A stretch of 64,000 bases of DNA from Gammaproteobacteria bacterium (GTDB lineage Bacteria > Pseudomonadota > Gammaproteobacteria > Eutrophobiales > Eutrophobiaceae): NCBI GenBank assembly GCA_965238225.1, contig OZ250183.1, positions 1,338,264 to 1,402,263 of the forward strand, written 5' to 3'. The position numbers were made by a program, and so were the translations under genes. Shown in pieces: positions 55,981 through 64,000 of this stretch. How positions within the stretch are numbered: position 1 is the first letter of the stretch; the number at the start of each line of letters is the position of its first letter. Below the pieces are notes generated by a model. That model made no database searches. It worked only from the letters and a program-made list of their open reading frames with translations, and was not told the origin of the DNA.

Positions 55981-57084
55981 TTATTGAATATGCTGTTTTG
56001 CAAGGTAAGTGCGTGTACGCATCTCTTCTAGGCGGCTAATCGTCCTTAAAAATGGCTTAGCCAAGCGCTTGCCTGTGTAAAGTTTGCAGGGTTTTTCTGC
56101 TGCAGACACAATTAACTTAACATTTCTGTCATAAAATTCGTCTATCAAAGTCATAAATCTCCTAGCCTTATCGTTTGTCAATTCATCCATTACTGGGATA
56201 TCTGATATCAAAACCGTTTGAAATAATCTAGCGATTTCAATGTAGTCTGCGGAACCTCTTGGTTCATCACAAACGGCATCAAAATTAAACCACACGACAC
56301 CATCTGCATGGCAGACAGTTTGAATCATCCTGCCTACTATCTCAATAGACAAACTATTCGTGACTTCGTTCGGTGCAATGTGATTAAAATTAGTTTTCAG
56401 CATTTGCCTTGCCTTGTCATCTAGGGGCGAATGATAAATTTCCGTTTTATCCAAAAATTGTAAACGATAATCAATACCTGAATCCACATTAACTACTTCT
56501 GTATATTTTTTTATCAGGTGAATCGCGGGTAAAAATTGTTCTCTTTGCAATCCATCCCAATACAATTGATCCGGTGCCTCATTAGAGCTTGTAACCAGAA
56601 CCACGCCTCGCTCGAACAAACCTTTGAGCAAACCACTCAACAACATAGCATCCGTGATATCAGGCACATAAAATTCATCAAAACATAATACTTTGGTTTT
56701 GGAGGCAATGTTGTCTGCCACAATTTTTAATGGGTCATTTATATTATGAAGATTTTTTAATTGTGTATGCACCATTTGCATAAAACGATAAAAATGGACT
56801 CTTTGTTTTTCCTTGAAAGGCAAACTATCAAAGAAGGAATCAAGAAGATAGGTTTTACCTCGCCCAACTCCACCCCAAAAATACAGTCCTTTGATAATAT
56901 TTGATTTATCTTTTGCAAATTTCTGTCTGATCTTTTTAAAGAAATTATTTTTAATATCGTCATAAAATAGTAATTCATCAAAAAGTTTTTGAGTGTGTCG
57001 CACAGCATTTTCTTGCGCCTTATCTAAATGAAAATCTTCGCGCAATAAATCTGCCTGATACTTTTCTAGAGGCGTCATAGTCAA
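55981..57084 (-). CDS. zapE: Cell division protein ZapE (AFG1-like ATPase)
   Basis: 367 aa: GLYFWGGVGRGKTYLLD Walker A in the AFG1 family. Confidence 0.8.
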   Translation of the reverse strand: MTMTPLEKYQADLLREDFHLDKAQENAVRHTQKLFDELLFYDDIKNNFFKKIRQKFAKDKSNIIKGLYFWGGVGRGKTYLLDSFFDSLPFKEKQRVHFYRFMQMVHTQLKNLHNINDPLKIVADNIASKTKVLCFDEFYVPDITDAMLLSGLLKGLFERGVVLVTSSNEAPDQLYWDGLQREQFLPAIHLIKKYTEVVNVDSGIDYRLQFLDKTEIYHSPLDDKARQMLKTNFNHIAPNEVTNSLSIEIVGRMIQTVCHADGVVWFNFDAVCDEPRGSADYIEIARLFQTVLISDIPVMDELTNDKARRFMTLIDEFYDRNVKLIVSAAEKPCKLYTGKRLAKPFLRTISRLEEMRTRTYLAKQHIQ

Positions 57085-57194
57085 CCAGTGTTATTATGAA
57101 TATAATAATGCTAAATAAAAAAATAAGTTCTCATTAGATTGCGGTTAAAGTATAACCGAAAACAATCAAGCATAAGCTAGGAATAACATAATTC

Positions 57195-57881
57195 ATGATA
57201 TTTACCATCGCTATAATCTCTATTATCTTGCTTATCTTCGGGCCGCAAATATGGGCTAGGCATGTGTTTAAAAAATATGCAGTAGAGATTGATGCTTTCC
57301 CGGGCACAGGCGGTGAGCTTGCTGAACATTTAGTCGAATATCTTAAACTTACCAATGTTCGCGTTGAAGCAGGTGAGAAAAACGACAATTATTATGATCC
57401 AGACAATAAACTGGTAAAACTATCTCCAGATAATTTCAATGGAAAATCATTAACCGCTGTTACTGTTGCTGCACATGAAATAGGTCATGCCATACAACAT
57501 CAGAGCAATTATCTGCCTTTATTTCTACGCACTCGACTTAGCAAATTTTCATGTTTTTCAGAAAAAATTGCTTCTATACTTCTGGTTACATGCCCTTTTA
57601 TATCATTACTCACACATTATCCCATCGTAGGCGTTATTACACTTGTCTGTGGCTTGGCTATTTTACTTTTACCCGTATTAATTCATCTAACCACATTACC
57701 AGTAGAATGGGATGCCAGTTTCAAACGGGCACTGCCCGTATTAATTGCTGGGGAATATATTCCTGAATCTGCTGTGCCTGCCGCAAAAAAAATCCTGACA
57801 GCAGCTGCGCTCACTTATCTAGCTGCATCACTTGCCAGTATTTTAAATTTCTATAGATGGATGATCTTCCTAAGACGTTAA
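57195..57881 (+). CDS. Membrane zinc metallopeptidase (neutral zinc metallopeptidase family, HExxH)
   Basis: 228 aa: AHEIGHAIQH plus TM segments. Confidence 0.7.
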   Translation: MIFTIAIISIILLIFGPQIWARHVFKKYAVEIDAFPGTGGELAEHLVEYLKLTNVRVEAGEKNDNYYDPDNKLVKLSPDNFNGKSLTAVTVAAHEIGHAIQHQSNYLPLFLRTRLSKFSCFSEKIASILLVTCPFISLLTHYPIVGVITLVCGLAILLLPVLIHLTTLPVEWDASFKRALPVLIAGEYIPESAVPAAKKILTAAALTYLAASLASILNFYRWMIFLRR

Positions 57882-57939
57882 GCATTTCATTCGCCTTTAT
57901 AGCATTGAAATTATCATTATCACTATGATCTTGTCACCA

Positions 57940-59307
57940 TTATTTTGATTTATCATTTATTTTTGGTGCTTCAACATCATCACTTTGCTCGTCGATAAGC
58001 TCTTCATCTAATCTTTTATTAGTTTGCAGACCTAGTTCATAGATGGCTTCCGCCCTCCCAACAAGATTTCCTCTGCCAGATATCAAACGTTTATGGGCAA
58101 GCTCGTAGGCTTTCTGCGCCTTATCTAATTTTTCACCTACCTCTTCAAGTGCTTTCACAAAATCAACAAACTTGTCGTACATACCGCCCGCCTGTTTGGC
58201 GATTTTCTGGGCGTTTTTATTTTGATCTTCATAACGCCATATATTATGAATGAGCCGCAAAGTCATGTGTAGGGTAGTTGGACTGACTAAAACTATTCCG
58301 CGGTTAAAAGCATCATGATAAATACGCTCATCTCGTTCAAAAGCCAACATCAACGCAGGCTCAATGGGCACAAACATTAATACCATATCTAATGAGTTTA
58401 TTCTGCTCAATTCTTTATAATTCTTTCCCTGTAACTCGGCAATATGTTTACGAATAGCTTTGAGGTGTTCAGCTAAGGCATGTTTCTGTTCTTCATTATC
58501 TTCTGAGGAACAAAATTTCTCATACGCATTAAGTGAAACTTTGGAATCTATCACAACATATTTATTATCAGGTAAATGAACAACTACATCAGGATAAAAT
58601 GACTTACCATTCTCATCATGATAGCTTTTTTGAAATTCATATTCACGTCCATTTTTTAGGCCGGAATCTTCCAACACTCTTTGCAAAATTACCTCGCCCC
58701 AGTTGCCGCGTATCTTGCTTTCGCCTTTAAGTGCCTTGGTCAAGTTTATTGCATCTTTACTCATTTTCTCATTTAAAGAGCGCAAATTGGTAATTTCTTC
58801 AAATAAAGACACCCTATCTCTAGTTTCTTTATCATAGACATCATCAATTCTTTTTTTAAATTCCCTCAATTGCTCGCGCAATGGAACCAAGGTCTCGTTA
58901 ATATTTGATTTATTTTGTTCGGTAAATTTTTTACTTTTTTCCTCCATAATTTTGTTGGATAGATTTTCAAATGCTAAAGTCATATTCTTTTCCATGCTCT
59001 TTTTGGCATCTTCCAACAAGGTTAATTTTTCCTGAAATGATTTCTTTTCATCTTCAAGCAAAGTATTTAGTTTAGTTTTTTCTACATTGGCTTCCTGCGT
59101 CTGTTTTTGTTGTTGTTGATACAAGGACTCCTGCTGCCGAATTTCTTCCTTTAATTCATCAATTTCTATTGTTTTACGCTCAGACCGATCGTTTTCAACT
59201 GCCAGTTTGATATCCAACTGTTGCTGTTTTCGCCTAGAAAATAACCATGCCAAAAGGCCGCCAACGGTCAATCCAATTATTCCTGAGACAATAACAATTC
59301 CGTTCAT
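57940..59307 (-). CDS. rmuC: DNA recombination protein RmuC
   Basis: 455 aa: N-terminal TM, long coiled coil, C-terminal RmuC domain. Confidence 0.85.
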   Translation of the reverse strand: MNGIVIVSGIIGLTVGGLLAWLFSRRKQQQLDIKLAVENDRSERKTIEIDELKEEIRQQESLYQQQQKQTQEANVEKTKLNTLLEDEKKSFQEKLTLLEDAKKSMEKNMTLAFENLSNKIMEEKSKKFTEQNKSNINETLVPLREQLREFKKRIDDVYDKETRDRVSLFEEITNLRSLNEKMSKDAINLTKALKGESKIRGNWGEVILQRVLEDSGLKNGREYEFQKSYHDENGKSFYPDVVVHLPDNKYVVIDSKVSLNAYEKFCSSEDNEEQKHALAEHLKAIRKHIAELQGKNYKELSRINSLDMVLMFVPIEPALMLAFERDERIYHDAFNRGIVLVSPTTLHMTLRLIHNIWRYEDQNKNAQKIAKQAGGMYDKFVDFVKALEEVGEKLDKAQKAYELAHKRLISGRGNLVGRAEAIYELGLQTNKRLDEELIDEQSDDVEAPKINDKSK

Positions 59308-59585
59308 AATAGTTGTATTTAACTAACATAAAAATTGATTTAAAATGTGGCTTTCAAGCATATCTAATCTAACCAGAAAAATCAGTTCCCGCTTCAAAAA
59401 AATCGAACAGGTGGAACTTGAAAATACCCCGCCCGCCTCATTAAATACAGATGATCAGAAAAAAATGTCCTAAGTATTGCATTACATAAATTTTTTCTTT
59501 ATATCGATCAAGTAGCAGCCATTGAAAGCAAAAGATATCGAAATATTTTTGATGATTAAAATGCGCAAACTAAAAACATTTTTTA

Positions 59586-60998
59586 TTATTTAATCATAAT
59601 AAATGCAACACTATTTCCTCTTAAAATTTTCAACAATAAAGATTTATTGTTTCCATTTATAAGCTTGAGAAATGTTGATATATTCTGCACTTTCCGACGA
59701 TTCACAGAAATAATAACATCACCTTTTCTCAGGCCACTGCGCCAAATAAGGCTTCCTCTTTCTATCTTAGTGACATAAACACCCTCTATTTTCCCAGAAT
59801 TTTGAGGCCCCTCCTGAAGTTTGCGAACCGACAGACCTTGCAGATGCTTATTAATTGCGACCAGCTCCTCATTAGCCTCCTCTTTTCCTTCTGTAGAAAC
59901 TACAGTTGTAATCTTTTTGGATTTACCCGCACGTAAAATATCAAAAATAACCTGTTGGCCAACAGTCAGTAAACCAAAACTATTGCGCACATCGTCTGCA
60001 TTTTTAACATCTTGACCATTTATTTTTACCAGTATATCTCCGGGCTGAAGTCCGTCCTTGCCAGCAGGAGAACCCTCATAAACAGCAGTGACTACCGTGC
60101 CTCTATCGTGTCTCAACCCATGCTGCTGCAACCCAAAGGCTGCAATCAGAGCTGGCGTTAAATTCTGCACAGAGATTCCAAGAAAACCACGTTGCACTCT
60201 TCCATATTTCAGCAATTGATCGGCAATTTGCATCACCAGATTAATTGGTATAGCAAATCCGATACCGATATTTACACCACTGTTCGAAAAGATTGCCGTG
60301 CTGATGCCGACCAACTCACCTCTTAAATTCACTAGCGCGCCGCCAGAATTTCCCGGGTTAATAGAAGCATCTGTTTGAATAAAATTTTCATATTCCTCTA
60401 TACCGAGACCGCTGCGACTAAGTGCGCTTACAATGCCAGAGGTTACAGTTTGTCCAAGACCGAACGGTTCGCCAATAGAGACAACAAAATCACCTACTCT
60501 GAGCTTGTCAGAGTCTGCTGTTTTTATAGCCACGATACCTTCTGCCGGGATCTTAATCACGGCAACATCTGTTTTCGGATCGGCACCGATCAATTCTGCT
60601 TGCAGTTGTCTGCCGTCGCTTAATGTCACTATGATCTTCTCTGCATGAGCGATCACATGGTTGTTGGTAAATACCAAACCTCGCTTGGCATCAATAATCA
60701 CACCCGAACCTCGGCTTTGGGCTTTTCTTTCTACACGCTGCTCCGGGATATTAAAAAAACGACGAAAGAATGTATCCGAAAAGATAGGATTTAACCCAGT
60801 CGAAACCGCGCCTTCTGTTGAGATATTGACGACTGCTGATGTAACATGTTCCAACATGGGTGCCAAAGATGGCAATTCTTTGCCATCTGCATAGACTGGC
60901 AATACCGCCTGTGCGGGCAAACAAACCAAGCCCAATACAAATATTAATAAATTGCGCAGTAATGTGTCCGAAATTAAACTCGTTTTTACTTTATTCAT
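59586..60998 (-). CDS. degP: Periplasmic serine endoprotease DegP/DegQ (HtrA family, two PDZ domains)
   Basis: 470 aa with a signal peptide, trypsin-like domain (…GNSGGAL…), and two PDZ domains. Confidence 0.85.
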   Translation of the reverse strand: MNKVKTSLISDTLLRNLLIFVLGLVCLPAQAVLPVYADGKELPSLAPMLEHVTSAVVNISTEGAVSTGLNPIFSDTFFRRFFNIPEQRVERKAQSRGSGVIIDAKRGLVFTNNHVIAHAEKIIVTLSDGRQLQAELIGADPKTDVAVIKIPAEGIVAIKTADSDKLRVGDFVVSIGEPFGLGQTVTSGIVSALSRSGLGIEEYENFIQTDASINPGNSGGALVNLRGELVGISTAIFSNSGVNIGIGFAIPINLVMQIADQLLKYGRVQRGFLGISVQNLTPALIAAFGLQQHGLRHDRGTVVTAVYEGSPAGKDGLQPGDILVKINGQDVKNADDVRNSFGLLTVGQQVIFDILRAGKSKKITTVVSTEGKEEANEELVAINKHLQGLSVRKLQEGPQNSGKIEGVYVTKIERGSLIWRSGLRKGDVIISVNRRKVQNISTFLKLINGNNKSLLLKILRGNSVAFIMIK

Positions 60999-61373
60999 TA
61001 AAAATTACCTGAAAAATAAAATTATCTGAAAGTCAAAATATAAATGCAGAAATGCAAATATATTATTCAATGGAATTAACAATTATACCTCAGTAAAAGT
61101 TTATGTTCTAAAGAAAGAGGCGGAAAACCTTCGCCTCTTCTTGAAATTACTCAGTTTAAACTTACTGGATTTGGCTTTTGACTGTAATTTTTCTTGGCTG
61201 CGCCTTTTTCAATCTATTCAACAAGCCCAATGATTCGTATCCTATAAAGTGTCATTATTCTATCTCCTAATTAACTTACAGTGTTTATCTTGCAGTTACA
61301 ATAAATGGGGGGTGACTTACCATTTTTTAATGGCTACAAAGTTATTTTTTAAAGAAATAAAGTATTTATTTTT

Positions 61374-62081
61374 GTGAAAATAATAAATACAATGATGCCC
61401 ATGGCAAAGATTAGTTATTTTTCACATATCTTCGGTAACTCTCCAGTCTCACCGCTGCAAAAACATACAGCCAGTGTTATCGCCTGTGTAGAACAGCTCA
61501 TTCCCTATTTTGAAGCCGTTTTTGAGGGTGATTGGGATGCAGCTGCAAATATCCAGAAGAAACTCGCCTTTCTTGAAGGGGAAGCCGATGACACCAAAAA
61601 TAAATTACGCATGAACCTGTCTACAAGCCTGTTCATGCCTATCGACCGAGGAGACATCCTTGAGGTTCTGAAGATACAAGATCTGATTGCCAATCGAGCA
61701 AAAGATATTTCCGGACTCGTCCTCGGCCGTGAAATGGCTATCCCAAGCGTTTTGACTGATGATTTCATGGTCTTCCTGCGACGCTGCATTGATGCCGCAG
61801 AACAAGCTAAAGTGGCTATTAATGAGCTGGATGAGCTGGTCGTTACAGGCTTTCGAGGGGATGAGGCAACACGTGTCAGGAAAATGATTGCTGAGCTACA
61901 TATTACTGAAGGTGAAACCGATGAAATTCAGATCAAACTGCGCGCCTCTTTGCATGCGCTTGAAGATGATTTAGCCCCTGTTGATGTCATGTTTATATAC
62001 AAAATAATCGAATGGATTGGTGATCTTGCTGATGCAGCACAAAGCACTGGTAATCATTTGCAGTTAATGCTTGCTAAATAA
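61374..62081 (+). CDS. PhoU-like phosphate-transport regulator (DUF47/TIGR00153 family) paired with PiT
   Basis: 235 aa; immediately upstream of the PiT transporter. Confidence 0.75.
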   Translation: MKIINTMMPMAKISYFSHIFGNSPVSPLQKHTASVIACVEQLIPYFEAVFEGDWDAAANIQKKLAFLEGEADDTKNKLRMNLSTSLFMPIDRGDILEVLKIQDLIANRAKDISGLVLGREMAIPSVLTDDFMVFLRRCIDAAEQAKVAINELDELVVTGFRGDEATRVRKMIAELHITEGETDEIQIKLRASLHALEDDLAPVDVMFIYKIIEWIGDLADAAQSTGNHLQLMLAK

Positions 62082-62141
62082 TTTCCAGAATTGAAGCAGA
62101 TATATTTAACCAAAAACATATTGACCTTAAGGCGCTTCGTC

Positions 62142-63401
62142 ATGGAACACGCAATATTTTTATTGATACTTGCTGCTGTATTTGGTTTGTTTATGGCTTG
62201 GGGTATTGGTGCTAATGACGTTGCTAATGCTATGGCAACATCTGTTGGCTCAAAGGCACTGACAATCAAAACAGCCATTATTATTGCTGTAATCTTTGAA
62301 TTTTCAGGCGCTTTTCTCGCAGGCGGTGAAGTGACTGCCACTATCCGAAAAGGCATGGTGGATTCTGCCATGTTTGCTCACTCCCCAGAATTGCTTGTCT
62401 ATGGCATGTTATCGGCACTGCTTGCAGCAGGTATCTGGTTGTTATTTGCAACGCATTCAGGTCTGCCAGTCTCTACTACCCATTCTATCGTCGGTGCCAT
62501 TGTTGGGTTTGCGGCAGTAACAATGGGCATACATGCAGTGCAGTGGGGGCAAGTTGCTTATATTGCAATGAGCTGGATTGTCTCTCCAATCATAGCAGGA
62601 GTGATGTCCTACTTACTCTACCGAAGCGTCCAGTTTTTGATATTAGATAGCGCAGATCCGCTTAAAAACTCCAAACGTTACGTGCCTATATATATCTTTA
62701 TGACAGGATTTATTATTACACTGATTACTGTATTTAAAGGTTTTAAGCATATTGATTTAGACATGACATATATTGAATGTTATGGCATCGCAACCATTAT
62801 CGGAACTGTTTCTACCATTATTGGTATTTTTATGATCCGTCAGATAAAAAATCAACCAGTGATTACCGATGGATTTCACCTGCATAATGTTGAACTGGTA
62901 TTTGGCATATTAATGATCTTTACAGCATGTGCCATGGCCTTTGCGCATGGCTCTAATGATGTTGCTAATGCCATAGGACCTGTTGCTGCGATTGTTGGTA
63001 TTATAAACAGTGGCGGTATCATTGAACAAAAATCGGTGCTCCCTGTATGGGTTTTATTGCTGGGCGCAGCCGGCATTGTTGCTGGTCTTGTTATGTATGG
63101 ACATAAGGTGATTGCAACCGTGGGGGTTGGTATTACAGAACTAACGCCGAGCCGTGGCTTCTGTTGTAATCTTTCAGCTTCAGCAACCGTCGTCCTTGCC
63201 TCAGGAAATGGAATGCCCATTTCGACAACCCATACATTAGTTGGTGCGGTGCTCGGAGTGGGTCTTGCGCGAGGAATCTCCGCATTGAATCTGCGTATGA
63301 TTGGGTCTATTTTCATGTCGTGGATCATCACACTGCCTGCTGGTGCTATCCTAGCAATTATTTTCTTTTACATCCTAAAGACAATATTTACAATATTTTG
63401 A
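62142..63401 (+). CDS. pit: Inorganic phosphate transporter, PiT family (start placed at MEHAIFLLIL; the track ORF begins 17 codons earlier)
   Basis: GANDVANAMATSVGS and the second GSNDVANAIGP repeat are the PHO4/PiT signatures. Confidence 0.85.
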   Translation: MEHAIFLLILAAVFGLFMAWGIGANDVANAMATSVGSKALTIKTAIIIAVIFEFSGAFLAGGEVTATIRKGMVDSAMFAHSPELLVYGMLSALLAAGIWLLFATHSGLPVSTTHSIVGAIVGFAAVTMGIHAVQWGQVAYIAMSWIVSPIIAGVMSYLLYRSVQFLILDSADPLKNSKRYVPIYIFMTGFIITLITVFKGFKHIDLDMTYIECYGIATIIGTVSTIIGIFMIRQIKNQPVITDGFHLHNVELVFGILMIFTACAMAFAHGSNDVANAIGPVAAIVGIINSGGIIEQKSVLPVWVLLLGAAGIVAGLVMYGHKVIATVGVGITELTPSRGFCCNLSASATVVLASGNGMPISTTHTLVGAVLGVGLARGISALNLRMIGSIFMSWIITLPAGAILAIIFFYILKTIFTIF

Positions 63402-63483
63402 AAACGATGCCTAGGCAAAATAAGCGCTTGGACACAACAACCCATGCCAAATAACCCATGCCAAATAACCCAGCACAAACAAG

Positions 63484-64000
63484 CTAGATCCGATACGCGA
63501 CCTTGGTCATCACTTTTGCAAGTAATCTCATTGCATTTTTGACAGGGATTGGTAATGCTTGAGCACCTGCACCTAAAGCGACACTGGCATGATGCGCTTC
63601 ATCTTCTCGCATTTGTTCTAAAATGGCTCGACTTCTCAAATCGCTTTTGGGCAGCTTTTTCAGGTGTTGATGCAGATGTTTCACCACTTGATTCTCAGTC
63701 TCAACAACAAACCCAAGATTCCATTTATCTCCAAATAAACCAGCCAAAATACCCAGAGTAAATGAACCAAGAAACCAGAAAGGATGCAGACGGCTCGTGC
63801 GTCCGCCAAGCTCAGTTAGACGTTGCTTACACCAAACGAGGTGGCATATTTCATCTTCTGCCGAGCATTGCATGGCTTTTTGAATAGCATAAGACCGTGC
63901 AGTGAGTGCCTGCGCTTTGTAAAGTGCCTGCGCCCCCAACTCGCCCGCATGATTTACCCGCATAAGGCTTTCGGATTGACAGCGCTCGGTTTCTGACAGC
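63484..64000 (-). CDS. coq7: Ubiquinone biosynthesis hydroxylase Coq7 (di-iron), N-terminus beyond the window edge
   Basis: MRVNHAGELGAQALYKAQAL…EDEAHH is the Coq7 di-iron motif. The ORF is open to the window end. Confidence 0.75.
   Translation of the reverse strand, partial: LSETERCQSESLMRVNHAGELGAQALYKAQALTARSYAIQKAMQCSAEDEICHLVWCKQRLTELGGRTSRLHPFWFLGSFTLGILAGLFGDKWNLGFVVETENQVVKHLHQHLKKLPKSDLRSRAILEQMREDEAHHASVALGAGAQALPIPVKNAMRLLAKVMTKVAYRI

Noticed and set aside
63441-63470. Tandem 15-bp repeat cccatgccaaataac x2 between pit and coq7
   Set aside because: Only two short copies in a convergent 3' intergenic region. It is probably slippage debris, and no structure or ORF is associated.

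Overview
This is a 64-kb chromosomal window from a low-GC (about 40%) gammaproteobacterium, called almost entirely from hand-inspected homology.

Most of it is conserved housekeeping. The gene order looks Pseudomonas-like: thrS-infC-rpmI-rplT-pheS-pheT-ihfA-MerR-tRNA(Pro), and lptD-surA-pdxA-rsmA. Other recognisable genes include glmS, uvrA/ssb, lgt-thyA-folA, apaG-apaH, pckG (GTP type), pyk, cysI+DUF934, zapE, rmuC, degP/Q, a PhoU-like/PiT pair and coq7. Two tRNAs (Pro-GGG, Val-GAC) are on the minus strand.

Three regions are not ordinary:
- 14.9-21.2 kb holds a compact membrane-lipid modification cluster. It has hpnL-like (UPF0104), hpnI-like (GT2/GT21 glycosyltransferase), hpnJ-like (B12-radical SAM) and hpnK-like (YdjC deacetylase) genes. 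Two paralogous CDP-alcohol phosphatidyltransferases bracket the cluster. The glycosyltransferase reading frame is broken at an A7C5 homopolymer tract. No squalene-hopene cyclase is visible in the window.
- An ~8-kb block is inserted between rsmA and apaGH (26.8-34.7 kb). It carries a TRAP DctQM pair with no binding protein, aroE, a double-cNMP-binding/rhodanese protein, and an intact glnK. The glnK is surrounded by wreckage of a tandemly duplicated glnK-amtB unit. That wreckage shows nonsense codons, frameshifts, deletions, and 29-bp direct repeats 1.28 kb apart.
- Smaller oddities include a lysine-rich tail on UvrA and a 12-bp in-frame tandem repeat at the 5' end of a small ORF.

No transposase, integrase or CRISPR sequence was seen.
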